In this document: positions 1-12,948 of the stretch, one piece after another
Layout of the letters: every line of letters begins with the position of its first letter
How positions within the stretch are numbered: the first letter of the stretch is position 1
Assembly (NCBI RefSeq): GCF_000143415.4
Contig: NW_003314307.1
Span: forward strand, 754,859-818,858
Source of the DNA: Selaginella moellendorffii
Taxonomy: Eukaryota; Plantae; Lycopodiophyta
Length of the DNA stretch: 64,000 bases
Direction: 5' to 3'
Notes under the pieces: generated by a model
Databases searched by the model: none
Told to the model about the DNA's origin: nothing
The model's input: only the letters and a program-made list of their open reading frames with translations
Made by a program: the position numbers and the translations under genes

Positions 1-60
1 AGAAAACTCATTATAAAATAAAAATGCATAAGAAGAAAAAATGCATAAAAATGCACCTAG

Positions 61-860
61 CGTGGCCTCCGGTTCACCGCCCCCAAGCGCCATGGCCGGC
101 CTCCACGGAGTGCCCGGCATGGGCACTTGGCGCGGGCACTGGTTCACTGACGTACCGGCCCGCCCCCAAGCACCATGGCCAGCCCGCGCAGAGTGCCCAG
201 CACAGGCACTTGGCGCGGGCACTTGGCACGGGTGCCGGTTTGCCGGCGTACCAGCCCGCCCCCAAGTGCCATGGCTGGCCTGCGCAGAGTGCCCAGCATG
301 GGCACTTGGCGCGGGCACTTGGCGCAGGTGCTGGTTTGCCGGTGTCCCGGCCCACACCCAAGCGCCATGGCCAGCCCATGCGGAGTGCCTGGCCTGGGCA
401 CTTGGTGCGGGCTCTAGTTCGCTGACATACCGGCCCGCCCCCAAGCGCCATGGCTGGCCCGTGTGGAGTGCCCAGCTCGGGCACTTGGCACGGGCACTTG
501 GCGCGAGCGCTGGTTCACCGGCGTATCGGCCTGCCCCCAAGTGTTGTGGCTGGCCCGTGCCAAGTGCCTGGCCCGGGCACTTGGCATAGGCACTTGGCAT
601 GGGCTCTGGTTCGCCGGTGTACCAGCCTACCCCCAAGTGCCATGGCCAGCCTGTGCGGAGTGCCCGGCTCAGGCACTTGGCATGGGCACTTGGCGTGGGC
701 TTTGGTTTGCCGGCGTACCAGCCCGCCCCCAAGTGCCATGGCCGGCCCGCGCGGAGTGCCTGGCATGGGCACTTGGCGCAGCCACTTGGCGCAGGCACCC
801 GGTTTGCCAGCATACCGGCCTGCCCCCAAGTGCTGTGGCCAGCCCGTGACAAGTGCCCAG
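61..860. repeat. GC-rich tandem minisatellite, ~96-bp unit (some 83-bp variants), ~9 copies
   Basis: Motif CCCCAAG ends at 87, 170, 266, 362, 445, 541, 637, 733 and 830 (spacings 83/96/97). The unit contains a 13-nt subrepeat GGGCACTTGGCGC and palindromes GCCATGGC and GTGCCC-n5-GGGCAC. Confidence 0.92.
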
Positions 861-1859
861 GCAGTGGCGGCGCTGGGCACAGCAGCAGCAGCGCTGGAGG
901 CTGGGCACTGAGGCGGCGGCTCTGGGCATGGTGTGGGCGTGGTGGTGTTGGGCGTGGTGTGGGCACGACGGCGCTGGGCGTGGCATGGGTGTGGCAGCGC
1001 TGGGCGTGGCATGGGAGTGGAGGAGAGGGAGTGGAGGAGAAAAAAACTTACTCTTGGTGGCATTCTGTTCGACGCCGATGGATCCCACAGTCACTCCCAA
1101 TCTCCTGCTCTACTTTCTGTAAAACCCTTAGTCCTAACCTAACTTTCATCATAGCTGTTCATCGTGGATGTAGTAAATCTTCATTACATTCTGCTAGTAA
1201 TATACCATCCTAGATTTGATCACGTGACAAAGTCCTTTTGAGTTGTAATTTATTAATAGAGGTGTGCTCTAATATGACTATGCCATAATGTGAAAATAAT
1301 GTCACAGACACATGTGTTGAATTGATCACAGTACGAAATTATAAATGAGAATTATGTGTTTCTTGCAAGTCATAGAATCTTGTCAGAAAATATAAGATTA
1401 TTAAATCGTAAGATGTTATTTCCAAAGCAATGTATATAGATAATTTACTATAGGTGATACATGGTAGTACAAAGATGGAATATATTTAAATGAGTTCAGA
1501 AGAATGTGATGATTTCTGGCTTTAATGAAGTACTGAAAATATGTACAATATTTAATGTGGTTGGCAACAATTGGTTGATGGTAGATCCTAGAATAAAATC
1601 ATTCATATCTTTCATATTATGGCACATGCTTGAGGTGATATTTCTTTCCATTTTACCAAAAGTTAGTCCATATAATAACTTTGAGCATGTTTTTGAATTC
1701 AATGTATACAAACTTTTAATATTGTACATCATAGTCCTTTATACTTCATACAAAATTTATTATAACAACATTATTTGATGTTAGATCCTAGAATAAAATC
1801 ACCCTTTCTTTTCACATAATGCCATAGCACATGTTTAAGGTGACATTTCTTTATAAAAG

Positions 1860-4800
1860 TTTAGAGTTCCAAAACCTAAAGGTAATAAAATGGAGAGTTT
1901 CTTTTTGCATTACCAAGATCACACACCACTTTTTTTCTCCCAAAGTCTTATTTCAAAAAGTTTTCTTTGCCAATGTTTCGATTTGTTTCTCAATTCTATT
2001 TCATTGGAGGCTGTGATTCGCAACAATATTGGTGTAGTTGAAAGATCGGAGTTTCTTCTTTTGGGTGTAGATGAAGATGGACAACATTGGGATTTGCAAC
2101 ATTCTAAGTTGAAGGAGATTTGAGTTTTTTTCTTTGCAATGCTTTTCAATTTTCCTGCCTCTTTATTAACATGCGTTCCTTTCTACATAGGCCTGTTAGT
2201 GAGCTCCCATCTACATACAATGGCAATATCTTCTTTGAACTACCACCTTTTGTCAGCTTAAAACAAAAGGGGATGGAGATTAAGTAAGACATCCACAACT
2301 GGTGTAAGATCAAGACCACACATTTCTAGTATTTCGAAGGCACAATGTCTATGGTTCATTGTGGTGAGTATTTGGATTGTGTGAATAAAGCATGCAATTG
2401 AGAGCGCAGTAAAAACTCCACATTTTTTGAAGGATCTACAACCAATCCTCCCATCTATGACATCATTAGTGTTGAATTCAAGTGTTAGTTTTGCAAGAAT
2501 GCTCCATTGTGTCGTGCCATCTGTGGAGCCAAGATGAACTATTTTCTTCCACGGGATGGAGAGGCTAGTAGAGATGTAGTACATATTGGCATGCACACAC
2601 ATCCAATGCAGGAAGGGATACAAAGGAGTTCAGTCAACCGTTTCAAAGATGCAATGCAAATAGAAACTGTAAGAAACTCATCTACAACTCTAAAGCATAT
2701 TCAAAATATAGTGCTTAAGGATTTTATTGCAAACACTTTACTTGATCCAGACTGCAAGAATACTCAACTGGATGAGGCTAGCTTGCGAGAGTTACTACGA
2801 CACGTGCAACTTACAACTAGCCTCAAGAGGTACGAAAATATTATTACATACTTTTCAATAATATCTCCCTTACATTTTGTTTTATTTAGGATAAAGTCTT
2901 GGATGTGTGAATCTCAAGAGGGGAAAATCCAAAAAAAAATTGACTCAATCCTTGAATTAAAACAGACTTATCCCTACAAGTTTATCTATAGGAGTTTATT
3001 TCCAGATCAAGTCGTTAGTGAGCAAGAGCACCTTTTTGTCTTCAAAATGTTTACCATTAGCCCCGCCTCTAGTGTGGATCTTGTTTCCCGAATGGATATG
3101 TTTGAGTCAAGTGACCTTGCTAATGCATGGGTACATTTTGACCATATAGAGCGGGTGGCGGGTTGACAACCATAGGAGCTCATGTGTATGATCTAAGGTA
3201 GTTTTTTTTTCTCATTAGTTTTAAGTATTGCCCTTTTCACAGGCTACGTTGTAACTTGACAATTGCAACAATAGAGTTTAAAGTACAAGACCAAATGGTT
3301 CAGGAAATATTTTGGAAGTCCCTCTTCGACATTGTATTGAAGTGGACTGGTAAGCCTGCCAACTTTCATGGTTTCATGGCAGATGGGGCTGGGGCTAATT
3401 GGAATGGTGTCTGGGTAGTCTTTGGGAATGGTCAACCTTAAAAGGTTGTGAGAGGACTTGTGAGTTCCATTAGGCTCAGATCCTAAACCAGCACTGCCAC
3501 CTTATCAAACTAGATTTCCAATTAACATTTAAGGAGTTGTGCAAACAATTGCAGGCTGTGCCTTCTAAAGAAGACCATGAGGCAAAAACAAATGAGATCC
3601 AAATGTGGTAGTGTGAAGATGGCCATACTAACACAAGCTGTCTACTACAACTTGAGTTGTGGTTGGGGTGGTGGGAAGCTAGGATGTTCCAATGGGGACA
3701 TCACTCTTTTTAGGTTGGTTTTTCTTTTTCTCCTCTCTTTTTATTGCTTTTTAATATCATCTTTTTATAAGGATCAACCACTTGAGGATCTTGCATACAC
3801 CCCAACTATGAATCTCTTAGAGAGTAAGCATTGGAGTTAGCATTCCTCTGAAGCAGGGAAAGGGAAAATGAGTCTATGTGAAGCATGTTTATTAGATTTG
3901 ATATGCGCTATAGAGTAGTCTTCAAAAGCCTTGGCATTTGAGGAAGGAAGATACATGGGAATAGGACCTTTGGTTGAGATGTTACATGATTGGATGAAAA
4001 AGAAAATGACTCCACCAACACAAATAGTGGCAACTACAATGGAGGAAGTGGTCCGTGGCACATCTATAAAGTACACTCCTTGAGCTTCTATTGGTGACAT
4101 GAAGACTGTCCGCTCAAAACATTGCTTTTCCTTTGTTGGTGAAGATGTTGGCACAAATCTTGGAGCAAAAAGCTCTCACATGCATGATGTTAAGTATCAT
4201 TCTACTCCAAGATATCGCCTCTGAATTGAGCCACCTCAAATGGTTGATGAAAAAAGTGCATCACAACAGGTTGAAATTGTTTATCGTAGTGTGGAACCGA
4301 AACAATGGGCAATCTATCAAGTGCAAGCAAAATCAAATATAAAGTGTGTGGGAATGCTTCTGAAGGGTAAATGTTGGGCTTGGATCTGTGGTGACAAGTT
4401 TACTTCTGTTCCAGCTCCATGTTTCCATGGGGAACGAAAGCAAATAGGATTTTCAAGATGGTGTTGGCTATATTGCTACAACATTAATGTCAACCATACA
4501 AAGCGGCTTGAAGACACTATAGTGACTAAACCTGATGCAATACCTAAAGAATGGCCGATTGTTAATGGGGTTGCGCTCACCTCAGATGAGATTGGAAACC
4601 TTGAGAAATCTAGTTTCAATCTTGAAAAGAGAGTTGGAAACATGAGTGATAAAACTAGAACTATTCCTACAGAGATGCATAGGAGGCCAGCAAGAAAAGG
4701 TAAGGTAGTTAAATTTATTGGTACCGTCTCCAAGCAGAAGCAAGGTAAAATAAACTTGGCTCAAACACTTGAGTGTGAGATTCTCTCCACGAAGTACATC

Positions 4801-5050
4801 ACTATGCTTATAAAGGAGTATATAGTCAAAACAAAAGCTAAAGAGTACACAATTGTTATTTAAGACTTTGTTTTGCACATGTCTAAACTTTACGAAGTGT
4901 AAGGAACATGGGAAGGCATATGCTCCTTGCAAGCATATATATTACATCTTCATCAACATCTTGCACCAAGATCCTAAAGTGGATATTCATATACACCAAG
5001 CAAGCTTTACTATTGCCAAGTTGCAGAAAACTTTTGGAGCTAATTAGATT
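1860..5050 (+). mobile_element. Degenerate Mutator-like (MULE) transposase with C-terminal SWIM zinc finger; multiple stops and frameshifts
   Basis: Fragments in order: C-x3-C...H-T-H zinc-finger-like segment (2507-2605), DDE-region motif FMADGAGANWNG (~3373-3410), Mutator C-x2-H motif ERTCEFH (3450-3470), SWIM CTCLNF...PCKHIYY (4870-4945). Confidence 0.72.
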
Positions 5051-8000
5051 TTCCAACACTATTGATGTTTATTCTCTATCAATAATATAAACTTATTATA
5101 CCTTATATAATTAATAAATATTTTATTATTTCACTTTTCATTTCATATACTTACGAGTGTTCTTTTCACAATACTGCCCATAGTATTCATGAGTCTCCAT
5201 TTTTATCTTTACCATCTCAAAAAATATTTCATGGTAGTCTTTCAGGTGCGTGATATTGCAATGTGTTGCAAGAGCATATATACCATCATAGTTGTTTTTT
5301 TTTTCCTTCAAATGGTTATATGGCCTTATATAGAATCTTAATTCAAATTTAATAATTTTAAAATTTTGACAAACCTGACATTTACTAGCCAGAAAGCACA
5401 GAGTACAAATTTAAAGAAGTGATAAGAATATTCTTTTTGAAAACATTTTATTTTATGTTCTAACAAACGTCCCTATCATTGCATGTAGTAAATATTTAAA
5501 TTATTAGAACAAGAAGTGTCCTTTAGAACATTTTTATCTATATAATATATAGAGAGTTATGAAATTATTAGGTTCGCCATAACCTTAAAATTTCAAAGTT
5601 TATAATGTTTGTACTAAATTACAATTAAAAATTGAGCTCAACTCGTGAGCTCAAGTATGGTCTACACTCCCTTGAGAGCTTTGCTGTACTTAGAGTATTG
5701 CAAGGCTGCCATCATCTCCTTGCTCGCTCCCTTTGCCATGGCCATAAAATCTCTCTCTTTAGTGACACTCTGTGATGTTTAAAACTTACATCTCGTCCTT
5801 CTCCTTCTTATACTACAAGAGCTCATGGCAAAGAGCCACTAGATTCACTAGAACCCCAACTACATAAGTGATTTGTAGCAGGAGTTCATTGGATTGTCGA
5901 GACAATGTGTCCTCACTCCATTCTGTATCATCCTCCCCAACAAGAGTTGCCTTGAACTGAGTGCTTTGCAAGAGTTGCCTGAGCCTGGTGCCAATGGCAA
6001 GCATGAAAGTGGGATGAGCTTAGAGCTGTAATGTGCGATGAGCTCCTGCAACTTCCTCATCTCCTTGCCCAGGATCTCGGCAATTTCAAGATTTCTTACC
6101 ATTGCTCTATGCTGGCATTGGAGATTCTTGAGCTATAGCAACCGACCTGACACCGCTGTGGCTAAGGCAATGAGAAACCTTGATGCCTCATGATGCTGTG
6201 GAAATCCTAATCTCCAAAATCTGTATTCAGCACGTCACAATTTTTTAGCTCTTGCTTCACATAACCCTAAATCTCATGATCAGGTTTTGGACTACTAAAC
6301 TTGCAGTAAAGGTTAGTCTTTCTTCTTAATTTGTGGTACACCCTTCTCCAGCAAGCAATTGGAAAACCCTAGACAAGCACACAGAACCAAGCATACACCA
6401 TGTCTGTGTTTGTTTATATCCTTAGTCTCCATCACATACTAAACACTGTTTCAGATTTCTATTACAAATTCAAGTCTATTTATAAATATAAACCTGCATA
6501 AGTTATAGTTTTCTAGATTTGTACTTGAAATTTTCAAATTATGCCTTGCTTTCATCATCTTCTTAGAACTATAAGAAAAACCAATCATTTTGATAAGAAT
6601 TTCAATCCTAATAATTCTGATAAACATCCTAAGCCACTTCAAATTACTTCAGATTAAAAATGAAATATATACACATCAAGCAATATCCACTATACCATCT
6701 CCACCTTCACACACCACACTAGCAAGTCACACTATTTACAAAGATTCACAAATTTTAAATTTTGAAATTGATTTCTTATCATCTATTTGTGTTTTTTGTA
6801 ATGCATCACATTTTAAAGATGAGAACATTGCTATATGTTGTCAACATGGTCAAGTGATATTGCCACTTGTATTACCATTGCCAAATACTTTACTTACGCT
6901 TTACAAGCAAAACAAAAACTCTAATTTCAAAATTAATATTAGACACTACAATAGGGCCCTTGCATTTGCATCAATGGCTGTTAATATTGAAACTTTAAGG
7001 GGTAGTGGTCCTTATTGCTTTAGAATTCATAGACAGATTTACTATAATGTCATGTTGTCACACTCTTCTGGAAATCAAAATCCATTTTATGGGCAACTTT
7101 ATATGCTAGATACACAAGAAGCCAAAAATATAAGGCATCAAAACCTATTTAATACAAGTTGTGAGAGAGATTTATTATTACATCTTGATATACCCCTCCA
7201 TAAAATTAATCCATATGCACATGCTTATAAAATGATGTATGAAATGGAACAAAAAGAACTTCGTGAAATAGCAATTACAGGCCATCCTTTACATGATGTT
7301 TAAATGTTACTAAGGAATAAAGGAAGTAATCATTGACACTATAATATACTATATTGCTATCGTTTTTGTGAGTGAAAATGGAAAACCCTTATATAGACAT
7401 GAAATTTGTATATAACCTATGGTAAATCTTTCCAGAAAGATTTTCAACACTTGATGCTAATTGTGATCCTATGGTTTATCCCTTGATATTTCCTTTTTGT
7501 GATAAAGGATGGCATGCAAATATTTTGAATACACAATGATATTAAAGTACATTACTTCTATATTATAAATATTGTTTATCTAAAAGAGACACACTACAAT
7601 TAGGTTTTGACCAAATCTTACATGTTGGCAAGCTTACTCAACAATACATTGTTGATACTTATTGTAATAACTTACAATATTATCATATCCACTTAAAAAA
7701 ATTATGAGTAGAAATGTATATTGGTCTTATTGATTATATTGCAAATTTTGCTTTAAATGAAAATATGAACCCTGGTAAAATTGTTATACTACCTTCAAGT
7801 TTTGATGGTGGATCTAGAGTAATGTAACAAAATTATCAAAATGCAATGGCAATTGTTACTCATTACTCAAACTAGATATTTTCATTACTTTCACTTGCAA
7901 CTATAAATAGCTAGAAATTATAAAAAACTTACATCCAAATGAGGGTTCAAAACAGTGTTCTGATTTGGTTTCTAGAGTTTCCCATATTAACTTAAAGAAT

Positions 8001-10585
8001 TGTTGAAAAATATAACAAAAAGACATGTATTTGGAAAATGTATAGCATATATATGTATGTAATTAAATTCCAGAAAAAAGGTCTCTCATATTATCATTTT
8101 CTAGGAATTTTATCTCATGAAAATAAAATTAAAAATTGTAATACAATTAATCAATATATCATGGCTGGATTATCAGATCCTTATGATGAGCCTAAACTCT
8201 TTGAAATCATTACATTGCATATGATGCATAAACCATGTGGAATTTTTTTATCTTAATAGTCTTTATATGGAAAATTGTTCTTGCTCGAAAGGATTTCCAA
8301 TACATTTAATTATGAAAACACATTTTCTATTAATGGATTTCCAGATTATCATAGACTAGATAATGAATGTATAGTTTTTAGAAATAATTGTCATATGGAT
8401 AACCATTAGGTTATGCCTTATAACAAGTACCTTTATAAAAAATATAAAGCTCATATAAATATTGAGATATGTGCAATTATAAATAACTATGTGACAATTG
8501 AAATCTATTCAGCAACTCAACAACATAATAATAGCTTAAAATAGGATGAAATTTCAAGTTTTTTAAACACCTATTATGTTTTTGCTCCTAAAGCTATATG
8601 AAGATTTTTTCAATTTAAAATGGCCATTTAACACTTAAAAATTCATCTTTTTATTCATCTTGAAAATTTTCAGAATGTTTATTTTATCGAAGGTAATAAG
8701 AAAATTGCACTTCAAAGAGGTACTTCTTAAAATGGTATTATATTAATAAAATGGTTTGAATTAAATATGCATGATCCAAATGCAAGGCAATATATATATC
8801 CTAAAATTATTTTACATTATACATATAATAAATGCATTCACCGTTGGCAGATTATATACCAATGAAATATTATCTCATAAATATATTATGTTTCCCCTAT
8901 CTAATACCGAACTTTATCATTTATGCTTTATATTGTTTCATAGAAAAGGGGCTACTTCTTTTAATGATATTAAAATAGTTAATATAATTTATTTTGAAAC
9001 ATTTCAACTTATTGCATCTACTATGGGACCTTTAGTAGACAATACAGAATGTGAAAAATGTTTAAAAGATGCTTGCTCTTTCAAAATTTTATCACAATTA
9101 AGATAACTATTTATGTTTTTATATGTGTTTTGCAGTCTAAAAAAATTTTATTCCTTATGGGAAAACTTATTTTAAAAAAATCTGAAGATTATATGCTAAC
9201 AGATCTATTACTTTGTTATGAATGCATTTTACATTATATAAATAGCAAATTCAATCTATATGGAAAATCTAATCAAGACTATAAATTGACTTTATCTTAT
9301 ACAAATTTTGATACAAATAGTATTATTAATTCAATACAACTAAAGTATTTTTTAGAACAAAATTTATTTTGATTTAATGATAAACAAAAAGTTATATATT
9401 ATAATATTCTCAACACAATTAATAACACAACTGAACAAAATTGATGTTTTTTCATCAGTGGTTCTTGTGGTACTAGTAAAAATTTTCTCCTCACACTCTT
9501 ATATATATATTTCAACTTTTAAATAAAAATGTAGTTAGTATAGCCTAGACAAGTATTGCAAGCACTTTACTACATAATTATCAGACATTGTGTATAACAT
9601 TTAAACTTTTTGTTCCAATAAATGAAATTTCTACTTCTATTATTACTACTAATAGTGAAGCAAGCCATAAAATTAGGAATGCATGTGTGTTAATATGGGA
9701 TGAAATTAGCACATTTTTTGCAATTAATTTAAAAATTAAAAGATATAAAAAAATGTATTACCTTTCAGAGGAATTGTTATTATTACAAGTGGTGACTTTA
9801 AACAAACATTACCAGTTATTCCATATAGTCATTGAGTATAAATTATTTTATATTCAGTAAAAATAAATAAATTATAGAAATGTTTTAAAACACTTCCATT
9901 AAAAAAGAATATGAGACTAATTTAAAACAACTCTTCATGGGCTGATTGGCTTCTATAAATTGGAAATGGTGTTAATTATGTGAATTTACCAATATTGCCT
10001 ATAAATTTACCAATCTATTATATTACTTTACACACAAATAATAATATCCTCTATTGTTGATTTTATTTTCCCATCTTTATAAGATATTTCAAACCCCCAC
10101 ATTGCATCTACTAGTCATACTTACCCCACTCAATGATGATATTTTTCCCATTAATAACACTATACTTCGTAATATACACATTTATGTTAATACTAAATTA
10201 TACAGCCCAATACTATTCAAACCCAAAGACATTTAATCCCAAATATCCCAAGACCTTTAACCAATTGGAAAAGGGGGTGCACTTTTGTTCATGGGTCCTT
10301 TCCTTCTATATTTAAACCCCTATGAATTGTCTTTCGAGTCGTTCCCTTTAGTTGCTTACAATCCACCACGCTTCCCTGCAAGTTCATGCCCACGTGAACG
10401 GAAGCTGAGAGCCGCAACTCTCTTGAGAGCCCCACTCTCTTGACACCCTACCCCTCGGATCAAGCCCAGTGGGAATAAACTGGACCCTTGCCAGATGTCA
10501 ATTAACATGTCGTGTGATTCCTCTAGCCAACTAACAGAGTCGGACTCAAGACTAACTTCAATACCAAATGTAAGCTCCTGACTTT

Positions 10586-10640
10586 AGATTTCTTGAGAGG
10601 TCACCCAGCCCAATACTATTCAAACCCAAAGACGCTTAAC
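10586..10640 (-). promoter_or_regulatory. 5S rRNA-derived internal control region (box A / IE / box C) inside LTR
   Basis: Reverse complement GTTAAGCGTCTTTGGGTTTGAATAGTATTGGGCTGGGTGACCTCTCAAGAAATCT aligns without gaps to plant 5S GTTAAGCGTGCTTGGGCGAGAGTAGTACTAGGATGGGTGACCTCCCGGGAAGTCC. Confidence 0.85.
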
Positions 10641-10753
10641 CCTAAATATCCCAAGACCCTTAACTGATTGGAAAAAAGGGTGCACTTTTATTCATGGGTC
10701 ATTTCCCTATATATTTAAACCCCTATAAATCATCTCTCAAGCCGTTCTTTTTG

Positions 10754-11505
10754 TGTAGCACATGTGATTATGGGATGAGATTTGGATATATTATCACCGT
10801 GGATCCTTGGAACCTTGGGGGATAAATGGGGATAAAATAGCCACTAAGGGTTCTCTCATCAAACAATTGCCTCTTTTCCAGTTGGCTTAAGAGGAGAGAG
10901 ATAAAGTGTGCTACAATTAGTATCGGAGCAAATGGCACGAATTCGATTCTCATTGATTAGTGGCTACTTAAAAATATAATATACCTTTGAACAAGGTATA
11001 TTCCTACCCCTAAATTTGAAATTATACGTATTGGGCATCCATGCGTACATCCTTCCTCTTGTGTGAAGTATCCACGGACGAAGATATCCACTATGGGACT
11101 CGTACGTATTGGGCATCCATGCGTACATCCTTCCTCTTGTGTGGAGTATCCACGGACGAAGGTATCCACTGTGGGACTACGGTACGGGTGGATGACTAGT
11201 TGCTTCACATGGAATAGCTGATCTACACAATGGAAGGATTAGTAAATTTAGTGCGGAAATGAAAGTGTTGATTCCCTTTGGCTCAGTAGGGGTTGTTAGG
11301 CAATAGTCAATAAGGACATTGACATCTTTGAAGGGGGGGTGAGTGTAGCATATGTGATTATGGGATGAAATTTGGATATACTATCACCGTGGCTTCTTAA
11401 AACTTTGGGGGATAAATGGGGATAAAATAGCCATTAAGGGCTCTCTCATCAAGTAATTGCCCCTTTTTTAGTTGGCTTAAGAGGAGAGAGATAAAGTGCG
11501 CTACA
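10754..11505 (+). mobile_element. TRIM (non-autonomous LTR retrotransposon), 752 bp, 162-bp LTRs
   Basis: LTRs 10754-10915 and 11344-11505, both TGTAGCA...GCTACA. PBS-like TAGTATCGGAGC after the 5' LTR, PPT GAAGGGGGGGTGAG before the 3' LTR, TSD TTTTG/CTTTG. Internal 78-bp tandem duplication starting at 11025 and 11103. Confidence 0.93.
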
Positions 11506-12282
11506 CTTTGGTTGCTTGCATAAACATCCAAAAGATCTTTTAATTGAATTTCTAAATTCCATTACTTCTTTTAGTCTTCCACTTCATAAACTTTTGCTTA
11601 AAAAAGGTGTTATCCTTATTCTATAAAAGAATATATGTCCATCAAGTGGACTATATAATGGTACACACCTCATCCTTAAACATCCTTATTAACAGTTGTA
11701 AACTATGAAATTGTATTAAGCCAATTCAAAGGTATGTGAGCTTTCATCCCTCAAATCACACTCATATGTTTAAACAGAAATTCCATTTAAAATGTCTAGA
11801 AGACAATTTCCAATTATTTCCTTACTATCTCTAATTGTAAGGGCTAAACATTTGATCGAGTCAGAATACACTGGCCATATCCAGTTTTCACCCATGGCTG
11901 GCTTTATCAAGATGCACATCACCAACAAGACTAGGTATTAAAGTACGAAACACATCACTCCAAGGACATTAAGTCTTTTTACTTTCACTATCGATATAGT
12001 ATATAAAGAGGTTTTATCTTAAATATTTTCACCTCCACCAATTTCCTCTTGAGTTTGATTCTTGCTCCATACATTATTTGTGCATTGAAAGCAATTCTTG
12101 ATATAAGTCTTATGAACAAACAAAAAGGCCTATCTAGAATACTCCAATTCTGATTCCAAAAAATAGTCTTAAAAGGTTTGTATTATAACTATAATATTCA
12201 AAACAGTATTTGCTAACAAGATAGCATATGTTGGCAAGTATTAGTCTATGAATAATTTCATGTGTGTTGCATGTATGAATGC

Positions 12283-12580
12283 TTGGTTTGCTTAATGTTT
12301 TGTATTATTTATTAATCCAATTGATCAATTGGAAGTTCATAATTATAACATGTTTATAATTTTTAAACACAAAACTAATCATATTCCATATCGACCATGA
12401 TATGGTAGAATAAACTTGAATATACTAGAAAGTGTTTATAAAAGCTTATAAATTATAAACATGTTTATAAATTAAAAATACAAGATTAAAGAATAACAAC
12501 TATTAAATAGTAAATATCCCAGAATATCAAAGAATATCTACCACCCCAGTCCCCTTTCAAGTTATGCTTAAACAAACCAA
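12283..12580. mobile_element. MITE-like element (~300 bp) with 13-bp terminal inverted repeats
   Basis: TTGGTTTGCTTAA (12283-12295) and TTAAACAAACCAA (12568-12580), one mismatch. AT-rich interior. A related partial copy at ~53490-53737 ends CTAAGCAAACCAG. Confidence 0.6.
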
Positions 12581-12948
12581 TACCTTTAGAATTTTCATTA
12601 TTTTATATATGAATATGTTTATAAAATAAAGTTAACAGAGCTTTAGCTAACTACAACTCACATTTTGTACAAGTTAATATAAATATATTTAAAAATTATA
12701 ATTCAATATTTTATTACTAGAAACACCATTCATCCAATGTTTTATTAAAAAGATTTTAATAATTTTAATATCTCTTTTGAAATGATACATATAATTTCTA
12801 TTAACTTTTAAAATATTTAACTTTTATTGTAACTTTATAGAAATAGACTAGTAAAACTTTATTGTATAATGAACTCTAACAAATTTAAAAAAAATTCAAC
12901 AATTTGATTGTTTATACATTTCCAAGTTCCAATAAATGCCCAATTTTG

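Larger units (their letters stand above)
10203..11520 (-). mobile_element. Cassandra-like TRIM (copy 1) with 5S rRNA-derived promoter in its LTRs; 5' LTR split by a nested TRIM, 3' LTR end deleted
   Basis: Direct repeats 10203-10360 and 10569-10753 plus 11511-11520. LTR termini TGTAAGC/GCTTACA. PBS TT-TGGTAT at 10568-10561. Purine-rich tract just before 10360. 5S-like segment GTTAAGCGTCTTTGGG...AGTATTGGGCTGGGTGACCTC at 10640-10586. Confidence 0.85.
5537..12244 (+). mobile_element. Full-length but decayed Helitron (RepHel), carrying nested LTR elements
   Basis: 5' end A|TCTATATAATATATAG at 5537. 3' hairpin TGCTAACA/TGTTGGCA (12211-12236) followed by TTAG|T (decayed CTAG|T). Rep motifs CVFC..CCQHG, FRIHRQIY, YGQLY, and VIKFQKKGLSYYH (EFQKRGLPHAH-like). 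PIF1 helicase motifs LIWDEIS, GDFKQTLP, LPLHKLLLKKG, GLYNGT and RQFP. Confidence 0.88.

Noticed and set aside
24-1213. Protein-coding ORFs or a CRISPR array at the window start
   Set aside because: The ORFs arise in most frames from a GC-rich tandem repeat. There are no unique spacers and no cas genes.
10586-10640. Functional 5S rRNA gene
   Set aside because: Only the internal promoter part matches. The 5' ~48 nt and the 3' end of 5S are absent, and the match lies inside LTRs.
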